From NCBI GenBank assembly GCA_035457865.1, contig DATIAR010000082.1, positions 81 through 64,080 of the forward strand: a stretch of 64,000 nucleotides of DNA. The letters run 5' to 3'. This document shows positions 9,160 through 19,202 of this stretch, one piece after another; the stretch's first letter is position 1; each line of letters starts with the position of its first letter. Source of the DNA: Nitrosopumilaceae archaeon. GTDB taxonomy: Archaea > Thermoproteota > Nitrososphaeria > Nitrososphaerales > Nitrosopumilaceae. A program made the position numbers and the translations under genes. The notes beneath the pieces are model-generated. The model was not told the DNA's origin. It worked only from the letters and a program-made list of their open reading frames with translations, and did not search any database.

Positions 9160-10986
9160 TTATCCGCCAAATAAAGACATCAGGGAAGCACCTATGGAAG
9201 AAAACACATTAGCAAATTGTGTCACTATGTCATCATGTTTATCAGTTTTTTCGTTAGCAATATTTTCTGTATGTACAGGCGGTTCTTCTGAAATTAATAC
9301 GGTTTTAGGTTCTGTTTCATGTGTAGAATATACAGTCAAGAACGTTGAGGTTTTCTCTTTATTATTTAATACGGTTGGATCTTGAGGAATAACTTCTAGT
9401 GCCTTATCGTAGTATGATATTGCTTCTTGATATCTACCAAGACTAGAAAGTGCATTACCCTTATTGTTTAATGCAATTAAGTAGTCAGGATCAACTTCTA
9501 GTGCCTCATCGTAGTATGATATTGCTTCTTGATATCTGCCAAGACTAGCAAGTGCAGCTCCTTTGTTAGCCAAGGCATGAACATTTTTTGGATCGGATTG
9601 AAGAGTTTTGTCGTAATTAAATATTGCATCATTATATTTACAGAGTTGTGTTAATCCTGGACCAGGATTATTATAATACGCAATTATATTTTCATATGTT
9701 TCTTTTTCACAATTCGCACTACTGGAAAAATAGACGGTTTCATTTTCTGTTTCAGATGCTGTATCTTGTATAATGTCTTCTGTATCCTGCGTAACATCCG
9801 TGTTAGTCTGTTCGTCATTAAATTTGGGAGATTTTTTAATTTCTGATTCATCTGTCTTCGAAATATTTTTTGTTTGTTCTGTATCTGGAGTATTGCTGAT
9901 CACTGGAACTTCTGATGATTTATTAATATAATCACTCAACGAATCTTCAACAAACATAAAAAATTCTTCTTCTGAAATATTTTCTTTAAATAAATCATCA
10001 ATCATAATTCCTAATTGTAATTCTGTATCTTGAATCCATTGATTTAAAGTGGTCTTGGAAATTCTATCATCAACATCTGGATTTACCAACCCTCTTTTCA
10101 ATAAATCACTAAAAAGTGGTACTAGCAATTCATCACTTTCTCCCAAATAATACCAAGTGGCAAGACGTTCTAGGTCTGATTCTGAAAGCAAAAGAGAGTT
10201 TGATGACGCCTGATCTGTATTTTCTGATATGTTAGGCACTGTAGTTGACACATTCGCATCTGCCTTTTCAAAAAATTCTATCTCTGTGTTTTGTTTAGTT
10301 TCAGGTCCGCCATATTGTGCAGTTAGCGAATAAGTTCCCTCCACCTTAAAATTCACATTGTATCTTGCCAAAAATGAGACAGAAAACGTCAGATCGGGAT
10401 TCACGGAAGCAAGATAAATTCCAACAGGTACACTGTATGGATCAAAAATAGCTATGGTTACCTGTTGTTCTGATTTGGTCGATACTTTGCCACTTACATG
10501 AATAGTATCTTCGTCATGATACTTTTTTTTATCTGTTTCAAAGGATATCACTTGAGGTAGTATTATGGGCGAATTCTCATCATTAGATATGACATCTGTT
10601 ACTTCAGCAGATCCATTTTCAATTTCAAAAAACGTCTCTATTTTGAGTTTTCCATATTCTGCACCAATAGTGTATAACCCCGATTTTTCATAAAATGGAG
10701 TATCTGCAATTATTGTTTTAGTAAAGTGATTGGTTTCGTCTAATTCAACGCTATACGCACCAAGAATTTTATCATCAGGATCAAAAATCTTGATGGCTAT
10801 AACAGGCATCTTCCTATCTGTAACTTCGCCCGCAATCGTAATTGATTCTTTGGTGAAATATGACAATTTATCCGTTGAAATCAATATGGTTCCAACAATA
10901 CTATCTTCCTCTGCTAAAACAAATCTTGGAGTAAGACTTGAACCTAGGATCAGGAATAAAAAAACAAAGATTGTTGTTTCACGCAT
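9160..10986 (-). CDS. secreted/anchored TPR-repeat protein
   Basis: C-terminal TPR units are present (ANKGAALASLGRYQEAISYYDEALEVDP, NNKGNALSSLGRYQEAISYYDKALEV). A signal-like N-terminus MRETTIFVFLFLILGSSL at the ATG at 10986 is preferred over the track start at 11073. Confidence 0.75.
   Translation of the reverse strand: MRETTIFVFLFLILGSSLTPRFVLAEEDSIVGTILISTDKLSYFTKESITIAGEVTDRKMPVIAIKIFDPDDKILGAYSVELDETNHFTKTIIADTPFYEKSGLYTIGAEYGKLKIETFFEIENGSAEVTDVISNDENSPIILPQVISFETDKKKYHDEDTIHVSGKVSTKSEQQVTIAIFDPYSVPVGIYLASVNPDLTFSVSFLARYNVNFKVEGTYSLTAQYGGPETKQNTEIEFFEKADANVSTTVPNISENTDQASSNSLLLSESDLERLATWYYLGESDELLVPLFSDLLKRGLVNPDVDDRISKTTLNQWIQDTELQLGIMIDDLFKENISEEEFFMFVEDSLSDYINKSSEVPVISNTPDTEQTKNISKTDESEIKKSPKFNDEQTNTDVTQDTEDIIQDTASETENETVYFSSSANCEKETYENIIAYYNNPGPGLTQLCKYNDAIFNYDKTLQSDPKNVHALANKGAALASLGRYQEAISYYDEALEVDPDYLIALNNKGNALSSLGRYQEAISYYDKALEVIPQDPTVLNNKEKTSTFLTVYSTHETEPKTVLISEEPPVHTENIANEKTDKHDDIVTQFANVFSSIGASLMSLFGG
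9398..9560 (-). repeat. near-identical 102 bp-period tandem repeat encoding adjacent TPR units
   Basis: The segment ctagtgcctNatcgtagtatgatattgcttcttgatatctNccaagactagNaagtgca occurs at about 9398 and about 9500, 102 bp (34 codons) apart, with only a few mismatches. Confidence 0.8.
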
Positions 10987-11161
10987 CACATGAGAGCAAA
11001 CCGTCATTAAATATTTAATAATTAAGTAGAAATCATACTGACGATGAATTTTGGCATGAATTAAGACATTCATGAACGCTAAGAAAAAAGTGATTCAAAG
11101 ATGCTAAATAACGTAATATATAGTCAGTTTTACAACGAAAACTAATTTGGCGAAAATAACT

Positions 11162-11259
11162 GCCGGGGTCGCCTAGCCTGGTAGGGCGCGCGCCTGGAAA
11201 TGAATTACCATAAAGCGCGTACTCGCAAGGGTTCGAGAGTTCAAATCTCTCTCCCGGCG
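11162..11259 (+). tRNA. tRNA-Ser (anticodon GGA) with an intron of about 14 nt in the anticodon loop
   Basis: Folded by hand. Acceptor GCCGGGG/TCCCGGC, T-arm GAGAG-TTCAAAT-CTCTC, long variable arm ACTCGCAAGGGT, anticodon stem CGCGC/GCGCG, anticodon GGA at 11196-11198. The extra stretch about 11200-11213 interrupts the loop after position 37. Confidence 0.85.
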
Positions 11260-11303
11260 CCTTTACATAATCCATTAAAAGACATCATAACTAATTTCTA
11301 AAT

Positions 11304-12593
11304 GTGGTAAAATACGACGTTGCAATAATTGGCGGTGGTATACTTGGCGTATCCATGTCATACTGGCTTTCAAGTCTTTTTGATATACAAGTTTGCGTGA
11401 TTGAAAAAGAATCAGATGTTGGAATGCATGCAAGTAGCCGTAATACTGGCGTCGTACATTCGCCATTTTACCTTGATCCTCAAAAAAAGAAGATACTAGC
11501 AAAATCCGCATTCCTTTCATATGATCTATGGAAAACACTTGCAGAAAAAAGGGAACTACCATGGAAAATAGTTGGAACGCTTGAGGTGGCTTTGAATGAG
11601 GATCAGCATAACGCTCTGGAAAAATACATGAAATGGGGAGTTAATAACGGCATACCACAAAATGATCTCGAATTACTTGATAGAAACGAGGTCTTAAAAA
11701 AAGAACCAAATGTAAGCTGCAATTCTGCTGTTTTTAGTAAAAGAGACGCAGTAGTTGATTATGGCATATTTACAAAACAACTAAAAAAAGAATCTGAAAA
11801 AAATGGAACTAAATTTCTATTAAATCATGAGGTTAGATCGATAGAAAAAGGCCCTAAAATAATTTTTAAAAATAATGCGGAAATAACTACAAATCTGATA
11901 ATTAATTGCGCAGGTGGACATTCTCTTGACATTGCAAAAATGCTTGGGGTCGCACAAGAATACTCGGATCTTCATTTTAGGGGAGAGTATTGGATAGCAC
12001 AGAAAGAATATACTAATCTAGTAAGAACAAATGTCTATTCAGTTACAAAATTCAAAGACTTTCCATTTCTAGACCCACATTGGATTCTTAGAATAGATGG
12101 TAGAAGTGAGGTTGGACCAAATGCAGTACCTGTTCCTAGCCCAGAAACATATTCGGGTTATATTGGAAACGCTGAAACTCTGATCTCTAAACTATCTGAA
12201 ATAATCACAGGTAATGCAAAAAAATTACTTTCTAATCCGGATTTCATTTCTTTAGTATCTAAAGAATGGCTTAGCTCTATTTCTAAAACTGTAATGATTG
12301 ATAGAGTAAAACAATTTATACCGAAAATTAAATCTTCATTTTTCTCAGACCGAGGTACTGCAGGAATAAGAACTCCGATAATAACTCCAAATGGTGCATT
12401 TCTACCAGACGTTATAGAATTAGAAAACGAAATCTCTTATCACATATTAAACTATAATTCTCCTGGAGCAACAGGTGCACCAGCTTATTCTGCATATGTT
12501 GTAAAAAAACTAGAAAACAAGGGATTTTTAGATTACACACATAATGTAAAAGATTCTATTTGGAATTTTGAGAAAATCGTGACCCAAACTTAA
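11304..12593 (+). CDS. FAD-dependent oxidoreductase (DAO family, L-2-hydroxyglutarate oxidase-like)
   Basis: N-terminal Rossmann dinucleotide motif YDVAIIGGGILG. About 430 aa with a GTG start. The LhgO-like overall pattern was judged by eye only. Confidence 0.7.
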   Translation: MVKYDVAIIGGGILGVSMSYWLSSLFDIQVCVIEKESDVGMHASSRNTGVVHSPFYLDPQKKKILAKSAFLSYDLWKTLAEKRELPWKIVGTLEVALNEDQHNALEKYMKWGVNNGIPQNDLELLDRNEVLKKEPNVSCNSAVFSKRDAVVDYGIFTKQLKKESEKNGTKFLLNHEVRSIEKGPKIIFKNNAEITTNLIINCAGGHSLDIAKMLGVAQEYSDLHFRGEYWIAQKEYTNLVRTNVYSVTKFKDFPFLDPHWILRIDGRSEVGPNAVPVPSPETYSGYIGNAETLISKLSEIITGNAKKLLSNPDFISLVSKEWLSSISKTVMIDRVKQFIPKIKSSFFSDRGTAGIRTPIITPNGAFLPDVIELENEISYHILNYNSPGATGAPAYSAYVVKKLENKGFLDYTHNVKDSIWNFEKIVTQT

Positions 12594-12597
12594 TATT

Positions 12598-12882
12598 TTG
12601 TACAAATTAACAAAACTTGTTTTGTTACCAGAACACTGTTCAATAAAAGAAAAAACAAAAGATTGCCCAATGCCACCTGAATTTGTTATATCAATTAAAG
12701 TGAAAAACGAAGAATACATGGTGGGTGTTACATGTAACGATCACAAAAAGACATTTTTTGATAAATTAACGCAGCTACAAAAGGCTGGCAAAGTTCCAAA
12801 TGGAGCAATACAATTTACAGAACTAAGAGCTGTAGGCACGAGTTGCATACGAATGGATCCGGATGACCTTATTCATCTCTAA
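12598..12882 (+). CDS. hypothetical small protein (4 Cys)
   Basis: Only the ORF supports this call. The start is uncertain (TTG 12598 or ATG 12670). The end overlaps the 3' end of the convergent dehydrogenase gene by 4 nt. Confidence 0.4.
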   Translation: MYKLTKLVLLPEHCSIKEKTKDCPMPPEFVISIKVKNEEYMVGVTCNDHKKTFFDKLTQLQKAGKVPNGAIQFTELRAVGTSCIRMDPDDLIHL

Positions 12883-13862
12883 GATGTGTTAACCACATAT
12901 CTTGGATTTTTACCAGAAAGAGAGAGTATAAGATTATCAATAGCTATCTCAGCCATCTTTCTTCTTGTTTCCTTCGTAGAACTACCAATATGAGGAGTTA
13001 AAACAACATTTTCCATTCTCACAAGTGGATGCTTTCTATCTATCGGTTCTTTTTGAAATACATCCAGAGCTGCACCTGCAATAATTTTTTTCTTTAATGC
13101 AAAAATTAGATCTTTTTCTTTTATGATCTTGCCACGAGCTGTATTGATTAAAAATGCTGTTGGTTTCATTCTCTTAAACAATTGTAAATTCACAATCTCA
13201 TGAGTTTCTTCTGTATAGGGGGTGTGAATGGTTACGATGTCACTTTCTTCAAATAATCTTTTAAGAGTAACATATTTTATTCCAAGGTCTTTTTCTTCGT
13301 TCTTTGGAAGTTTATGTCTATTATGATATAAAATATTCATTTCAAAGCTTTTGGCCCTTTTAGCCACTGCTTTTCCAATTCGACCCATGCCAAAAATTCC
13401 AAGAGTTTTTCCATAAAAATCAGTTCCAAGGAAATCATCAGGACCAAAAACTGTCTTCCATTTATTATTGCGAATGATTCTGTCTCCTTCTGTCACTCTG
13501 CGCAAGAGGGCAAGAATTAAGGCGATAGTAAGATCAGCTGTTGTGCGTGTCAAAACTTCTGGCGTATAGCTTACCACGATTCCTTTCTTAGCAGCACGTT
13601 TAATGTCTATTTGATCATACCCTACACTATAGGTGCTAATTGCCTTGAGATTTTTTGCAGCATTAATTACTTCGGAATCTACGATATCATAAGGAAAACA
13701 AATAAGCCCATCCTTGTCCCTTATTTTAGATAGTAGATCTTTTTTTGACATAGGAATTTTTCCACGATTGATTTCAACACTATATCGTTTTCTTAGTTCT
13801 TTGACCGCAAAATCATGTAATTTTCTTGTGAGTAATATCTTCATCTTCATATTTCTCATCAA
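12879..13862 (-). CDS. D-isomer-specific 2-hydroxyacid dehydrogenase (glyoxylate/hydroxypyruvate reductase-like)
   Basis: NAD-binding motif GIFGMGRIGKAVAKRA is present, with catalytic-region motifs NTARG and TPHIGS typical of the family. Confidence 0.85.
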   Translation of the reverse strand: MMRNMKMKILLTRKLHDFAVKELRKRYSVEINRGKIPMSKKDLLSKIRDKDGLICFPYDIVDSEVINAAKNLKAISTYSVGYDQIDIKRAAKKGIVVSYTPEVLTRTTADLTIALILALLRRVTEGDRIIRNNKWKTVFGPDDFLGTDFYGKTLGIFGMGRIGKAVAKRAKSFEMNILYHNRHKLPKNEEKDLGIKYVTLKRLFEESDIVTIHTPYTEETHEIVNLQLFKRMKPTAFLINTARGKIIKEKDLIFALKKKIIAGAALDVFQKEPIDRKHPLVRMENVVLTPHIGSSTKETRRKMAEIAIDNLILSLSGKNPRYVVNTS

Positions 13863-13936
13863 TAAACCAGTTTAAATTTGATCCATATTCAAGAATAAAA
13901 GATGTTTTAAGACGCTACCACGTATAACAAACGAAT

Positions 13937-14887
13937 ATGGAAATAATGGGAAGAGGTTTTAGGCAAATTATACAAGAAACACCATGTTATTTTCATCTCT
14001 TCTTAAAATATGGATCTTACAAACTATTAAACAAGAGAAGCCCCATTTATGGATCTGCAGATATAATTAATGTCTGTAATTTACACTGTTCACACTGTTA
14101 CTGGTGGCTTAATAGGAAAGAAAACGAAGAACTCACAGTAGAACAATGGAAACAAATCATTGAAAATAAATTCAAGAAAAATCATATCTTTATAATTACA
14201 CTAGTTGGCGGAGAACCTACCATGAGACCTGATGTGTTAGAATTATTTATCAAAGAGTTCCCAAAACGAGTCTGTATTGTTACAAACGGTACATTTCCAC
14301 TAAAAAAATATGATGATCTTTATTTTTACTGGGTTTCAATTGACGGTACAGAAGAAATTCATGATAACATTCGTGGTAAAGACGCTTATGCAAAGACAAG
14401 AAAAAATATCATTGACTACGTTGAAAATAACGGAAAAAAAGCTTGGAAAGATATTTGGATTAGTATGACAATAAACTCACTTAACTACAAGACTGTCAAG
14501 GATGTTGCAGAAGAATGGTATGATTATTCGAATAAGATAGGCTTTCAATTTCATACTCCTTTCACTAAAGGAGATCCTCTCTGGCTTCCTTTTGGTGCAG
14601 AAAGAACAAAGGTTGTTGATGATATCATCTCAATGAAAAAACAATATGATGACGATTATATCATAAACCCGACAAGCCAGCTTGAATTGATGAAAAAAAA
14701 CTGGGGTGGAAATGGCACTACTCCTGTAGATTGTCCTACATGGGCAATACTCTCAGTAGATCATATGGGACGTGAGAAAAAACCATGTTGTATTGGAAGC
14801 GCAGACAAAGACTCGATGAAACCAATATGTGAGGATTGTGGTCTTGGGTGTTATTCTGTTCTCGTTGGATATGGAATAAAAGGCTAA
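13937..14887 (+). CDS. radical SAM protein with Cys-rich (SPASM/twitch-like) C-terminal region
   Basis: CNLHCSHCYW is the CxxxCxxC radical SAM cluster motif, and GGEPTMRP is the SAM-binding motif. The C-terminus CPTWAILSVDHMGREKKPCC...CEDCGLGC suggests auxiliary Fe-S cluster(s). Confidence 0.8.
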   Translation: MEIMGRGFRQIIQETPCYFHLFLKYGSYKLLNKRSPIYGSADIINVCNLHCSHCYWWLNRKENEELTVEQWKQIIENKFKKNHIFIITLVGGEPTMRPDVLELFIKEFPKRVCIVTNGTFPLKKYDDLYFYWVSIDGTEEIHDNIRGKDAYAKTRKNIIDYVENNGKKAWKDIWISMTINSLNYKTVKDVAEEWYDYSNKIGFQFHTPFTKGDPLWLPFGAERTKVVDDIISMKKQYDDDYIINPTSQLELMKKNWGGNGTTPVDCPTWAILSVDHMGREKKPCCIGSADKDSMKPICEDCGLGCYSVLVGYGIKG

Positions 14888-14923
14888 AATGTGATTTATT
14901 TGACAAAAATTCTTTAAAAAGCA

Positions 14924-14931
14924 TTTATAAT
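14924..14931 (+). promoter_or_regulatory. TATA-box-like element upstream of the 14954 small ORF
   Basis: TTTATAAT ends 22 nt upstream of the TTG at 14954, the spacing expected for a leaderless archaeal transcript. Confidence 0.35.
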
Positions 14932-14953
14932 ATTTTATTCTAGTACTTTTATC

Positions 14954-15088
14954 TTGGATCAAGAAGAAGAATTTGCTTTATGCATCCAATGTGGAAATGC
15001 TTTAGAGAAATGTATTTGTGTTTGTCCATTTTGTGGTGAACGTGATAAATGCGAGTGTGCGCTTTTTGATGCAGCAACCGGTGGTTAA
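14954..15088 (+). CDS. small Cys-rich protein/peptide, 44 aa with 8 Cys (below ORF-track cutoff)
   Basis: Hand translation gives LDQEEEFALCIQCGNALEKCICVCPFCGERDKCECALFDAATGG with a stop at 15086-15088. An in-frame stop lies at 14915-14917, so TTG 14954 is the first canonical alternative start. A TATA-like box sits at the right distance. Confidence 0.35.
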   Translation: MDQEEEFALCIQCGNALEKCICVCPFCGERDKCECALFDAATGG

Positions 15089-15130
15089 TTATATCGTACC
15101 ATTAATATCTAATAAAAAGCAAGACTGGAT

Positions 15131-17044
15131 GTGCAATCAACAGACATAACATGGGTTATAGGCGGTCCACAAGGAAGTGGAGTTGAATCAGCTGCCAATA
15201 TTTTTGCTCGTGCATGTGCTATGACTGGTTTGCAAATATTTGGGAAACGAGAATTTTATTCAAACATTAAAGGAGAACACAGCTACTTTGCAGTTAGAGT
15301 ATCTGATAAAAAGATCAGATCTAACATAAAAGGTATAACTCTACTTGTAGCATTTGACGCCGAAACTTTGTTTAGACATGTTGATGACGTATATGAAGAC
15401 GGTGCAATAATCTGTGATTCTGATTTGACACAAATCAAAGTTGACGAAGTTCCCACACTAGACCCTTTATTCAAATCTAGATTGATAGAACATCTCTCTT
15501 CTAAAAACAAAGAATTCTCGGTTCAGGGGTTATTGGATATATACAAAGAAAAAGGCGTCACAATTCATCTTGTTTCTTTTAAAAACATTCTAACCGCTCT
15601 AGCAGAAGAGACTCAGAATCCATCTATAAAGAACATGTTTAGAATGTTAAATGTACTAGCTGTATCTGTATCACTTGGATTCTTAGGCTTGCCTTCTAGA
15701 CCGCTTTTAGAGTCAGTTCAGGCTATTTTTTCTTCTAAACCTAAAATAGCAGAATTGAACAAACATGCTGCAAACTACGGATATAATTTCGCAACAGTCA
15801 AGTTTCCAAAATTCAAGTATACTATTTCAAATATTGAAAAGAATTCAAACACATTTCTAGTTCAAGGTTATCAAGCCACTGGACTTGGTAAGATGGCATG
15901 TGGTTGTAGATTTCAATCATACTATCCTATCACACCAGCCTCCGACGAAAGTGTATTCTTGGAATCAAATGAGGTCTTTGATGTAAAAAATAATCGTCCC
16001 GGTTCAACACTTGTAGTACAAACTGAAGACGAAATTTCTGCAATTGGTATGGTTATAGGTTCAGCTCTAACAGGTGCAAGATCTGCAACAAGTACATCTG
16101 GTCCAGGATTTTCTCTTATGACTGAAGCCCTTGGTTGGGCTGGAATAAATGAAGTACCAATAGTAGTTACACTATATCAAAGGAGTGGACCCTCAACAGG
16201 TCTGCCCACAAGACATGGTCAAGACGATCTAATGTTTGCTATACATGCAGGTCATGGAGATTTTCCAAAAATTGTATATGCATCAGGCGATGTAGAAGAA
16301 ACATTCTATGATACAGCGAAATGTTTCAACTTTGCAGAGTATTTTCAAATGCCAGTAATACATATGCTAGACAAATTTCTTGCAAGTACAATTACTACCT
16401 GCAAAAGATTTGATCCAAATTTAATAACGATAGATAGAGGGAAGCTGCTTGAGAAAATAGAAAATGATGGCTACAAAAGATTCTCCATTACAGAAGACGG
16501 TATATCACCACGATCAAAATTAGGGCTTGAGAATGGAATTTTTTGGAACACCGGTGATGAAAGTGATGAATTTGGCCATATTTCAGAGGATTCTATAAAT
16601 CGGGTCCAAATGATGAACAAGAGAGCATCAAAACTTGATCTTGCTCTAAAGACAATCACAGAAGAAGATCAAGCAATAAGTTTTGGAACGGCAGAATTTT
16701 GTGTATTAAGTTGGGGTTCTACTAAAGGGCCGATTCTAGATGCAATTGAGATGTTAAAGAAAGAAGGACTTAATGTTGGATTCATCCAACTAAAACTACT
16801 ACATCCGTTTCCTACAGAACGTATAAAGTCACTTCTTAAAGAAGCAAGAATCATAATTGATGTTGAAGCAAATCAGGCTGCACAACTTGGTTCTTTGTTA
16901 AACGAACACTTGGATAAAAAAGTAGACTATTACATTTTGAAATACACTGGTAGGCCTATGACTAGCACAGAAATCTATGACTCGCTAAAAAAAATTCTAC
17001 AAACCAAAGCGGAAAAAATACAGGTGTTGACATATGGAGCCTAA
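15131..17044 (+). CDS. 2-oxoacid:ferredoxin oxidoreductase, alpha subunit (fused gamma-alpha type)
   Basis: 637 aa with a GTG start. The N-terminal gamma-like domain ([15 protein letters not shown]) is followed by a transketolase-like alpha domain (YYPITPASD). This matches the two-subunit archaeal OFOR architecture. Confidence 0.9.
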   Translation: MQSTDITWVIGGPQGSGVESAANIFARACAMTGLQIFGKREFYSNIKGEHSYFAVRVSDKKIRSNIKGITLLVAFDAETLFRHVDDVYEDGAIICDSDLTQIKVDEVPTLDPLFKSRLIEHLSSKNKEFSVQGLLDIYKEKGVTIHLVSFKNILTALAEETQNPSIKNMFRMLNVLAVSVSLGFLGLPSRPLLESVQAIFSSKPKIAELNKHAANYGYNFATVKFPKFKYTISNIEKNSNTFLVQGYQATGLGKMACGCRFQSYYPITPASDESVFLESNEVFDVKNNRPGSTLVVQTEDEISAIGMVIGSALTGARSATSTSGPGFSLMTEALGWAGINEVPIVVTLYQRSGPSTGLPTRHGQDDLMFAIHAGHGDFPKIVYASGDVEETFYDTAKCFNFAEYFQMPVIHMLDKFLASTITTCKRFDPNLITIDRGKLLEKIENDGYKRFSITEDGISPRSKLGLENGIFWNTGDESDEFGHISEDSINRVQMMNKRASKLDLALKTITEEDQAISFGTAEFCVLSWGSTKGPILDAIEMLKKEGLNVGFIQLKLLHPFPTERIKSLLKEARIIIDVEANQAAQLGSLLNEHLDKKVDYYILKYTGRPMTSTEIYDSLKKILQTKAEKIQVLTYGA

Positions 17045-17999
17045 ATTAGCTGATTACAAAACAGATGTGCACAATGATTGGTGCCCTGGATGTGGAGACT
17101 TTGGAATTGTAAATGCAATACAAATGGCGTTAACAGAAATGAAGATTCCAAGACACATGGCAGCGATATTTTCTGGAATAGGCTGTTCTGGTAAAACATC
17201 TCATTTTGTAAATGTATTTGGTGTACATACACTGCATGGAAGGGTCTTAACATTTGCACAAGGTGCAAAGCTTGCAAATCCTGAGATGACAATTATAGCT
17301 GCAGGTGGAGATGGTGATGGTTTAGGAATAGGTGCAGGACATTTTGTTGCTGCGGGTAGAAGAAACGTTGACATGACATACATTATTTTCAACAATGCAG
17401 TATATGGTCTAACGAAAGGCCAAGCATCACCCACTCTTCGTTTAGGACAAAAGACAAAATCACTGCCTAATCCAAACGTAAACGAAGCTGTCAATCCAAT
17501 AGGCCTAGCAATAGCAAGTGGCTTTACTTTTGTAGGACGAGGATATGCATACGATGTAAGACAGCTAAAAGATCTAATTATAGCAGCAATTAATCACAAA
17601 GGACTCGCATTTCTAGATGTACTACAACCTTGTCCAACATACAATGATATCAATACCAGAGATTGGTTTGCAGGATTAGACAACGTTGATGAAATTACCC
17701 AAAAACCAAAACCAAGAATCTACAAACTAGAAGAAACTGGGTATGATCCTATGGTCCATTTTGGTTCCGAAAGTGAAGTAAACGAAAAACTGACGCAAGG
17801 ACTCATTAAATCAAATGAATGGGATACAAGAATTCCTACAGGTATATTCTACCAAAATGAGCTTGTCGCTCCATATGAAGAAAGAATAGCTGATAGAGTA
17901 CCAAATTATCTTGAAAATCCGCCTGCAATACAACCCATCTCATCTGATGGAAAATCAATAACGGATATCTCAAAGATCTTAGACTCGCTAGAGGTCTAA
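17034..17999 (+). CDS. 2-oxoacid:ferredoxin oxidoreductase, beta subunit (TPP-binding)
   Basis: WCPGCGDFG cluster and TPP motifs and [13 protein letters not shown] (GDG TPP-binding) are present. The start overlaps the end of the alpha subunit gene. Confidence 0.9.
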   Translation: MEPKLADYKTDVHNDWCPGCGDFGIVNAIQMALTEMKIPRHMAAIFSGIGCSGKTSHFVNVFGVHTLHGRVLTFAQGAKLANPEMTIIAAGGDGDGLGIGAGHFVAAGRRNVDMTYIIFNNAVYGLTKGQASPTLRLGQKTKSLPNPNVNEAVNPIGLAIASGFTFVGRGYAYDVRQLKDLIIAAINHKGLAFLDVLQPCPTYNDINTRDWFAGLDNVDEITQKPKPRIYKLEETGYDPMVHFGSESEVNEKLTQGLIKSNEWDTRIPTGIFYQNELVAPYEERIADRVPNYLENPPAIQPISSDGKSITDISKILDSLEV

Positions 18000-18201
18000 C
18001 AGATTAATTATTTAGAGCTGTAGTTTAAAAGAGATAAAAATTTTTGTTACCGATTGTGACATATAGTATAGCATCACCTTAATCTGACTTACCCAAGAGA
18101 GCTTGGATAACGTCAAAAAATTGCGTTAAGGGAAGAATCAGAGAGGCCGTTCTAATCACCATCATAAAATAAGTTATTAGCAGGTTGAGAGGGAGAATAG
18201 T

Positions 18202-18642
18202 TTGCCGTTGAATCTTTCAGAAGCAAATAAGGTCTTTCGTAAATCCATAATCAAGGGTTACTTTGAAACTCGTCTTTTGAATCTTGATTTTAAAAAATCC
18301 AACATAAAACATCCATCGATACAAGATGACGGTCTTATGCAAACAAATCTTTTACATCTCTTTTTTGATATCGATACAGGAAGCGATTATCCTGATGGTG
18401 ATGAATGGTTTATGGCAGAATTCATTTTTCCATACAGCATAAAAATTCCCGATAGCATAAAAGGGCCTGATTACTTTAGCACTATTTCAGTCGGAGATGG
18501 TAAAAATTTTTGGCGACACAGAGAACTTATTAGATACAAATATGGTAAATCAAAAAAACTGGAAGAATCACTTGATTTCATAGAAAAAAAATACAAGGAA
18601 TTGAATTCATTATTAGAACCATTGCAAAAAGATCTCAAGTGA
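18202..18642 (+). CDS. hypothetical protein
   Basis: 146 aa ORF with a TTG start, preceded by a purine-rich GAGGGAG 8-9 nt upstream. No recognisable motif. Confidence 0.5.
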   Translation: MPLNLSEANKVFRKSIIKGYFETRLLNLDFKKSNIKHPSIQDDGLMQTNLLHLFFDIDTGSDYPDGDEWFMAEFIFPYSIKIPDSIKGPDYFSTISVGDGKNFWRHRELIRYKYGKSKKLEESLDFIEKKYKELNSLLEPLQKDLK

Positions 18643-19168
18643 CAAGTTTCCATTCGTTTCCTATAATGATATATTTTTTATCATTAGAAAATGCACTACT
18701 TAAGAGCCATCTACTAGTAGACTTGTCAAACATGTAAACTATGTCTGTAATGTTTTGAGGAACTTTTTGTGGATCTAGTTGATACTGTAATAATTCTAAA
18801 ATAAAATCAATTTTTTCTATGGCGGTGCTAAATAAACGATGTTCATCAAGATCTACAATAAATTTTATATTTGGTTTTCCCGAAAAACGGATGTAAATTT
18901 TAATATTTTGACCTCCTCCCCTACGTCTTTTCATCTCTTTCAGTATTCCCTTGACTTTATCCCACCTCATATGACCAAACCATTTGAAAAATTCATCACT
19001 AAATTCTAATGGAAAATATACATCCATCATGGTTGAGTAACTTTCATCTGGTTCTGTTTCAAGTTGTTCAACTGTAAACATGTCATTTAATAATCCGTAT
19101 AAAACTTCGAGTTCCCATGGAGAAACTCCATAGTATTTTAAAGATGCTACAAGGGATCCTTGCACCAA
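18635..19168 (-). CDS. hypothetical protein
   Basis: 177 aa ORF, co-directional with and 34 nt downstream of the 19203-19757 ORF. No recognisable motif. Confidence 0.55.
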   Translation of the reverse strand: MVQGSLVASLKYYGVSPWELEVLYGLLNDMFTVEQLETEPDESYSTMMDVYFPLEFSDEFFKWFGHMRWDKVKGILKEMKRRRGGGQNIKIYIRFSGKPNIKFIVDLDEHRLFSTAIEKIDFILELLQYQLDPQKVPQNITDIVYMFDKSTSRWLLSSAFSNDKKYIIIGNEWKLVT

Positions 19169-19202
19169 TATTTTAAGTAATTAAAAAATCTAATTAAAGG
19201 TT

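Noticed and set aside
9134-9385. Track ORF of 83 aa on the plus strand.
   Set aside because: It lies antisense to the well-supported TPR protein gene and has a low-complexity translation.
18000-18201. A 200 nt intergenic region with a small hairpin (CCAAG-AGAG-CTTGG) and scattered UGAUG/CUGA-like strings, considered as a possible sRNA. A 28-codon minus-strand ORF was also considered.
   Set aside because: The boxes are imperfect and not in C-D'-C'-D order with sensible spacing. The hairpin is only 5 bp. The ORF is short, hydrophobic and lacks promoter geometry. There is not enough evidence to call anything.
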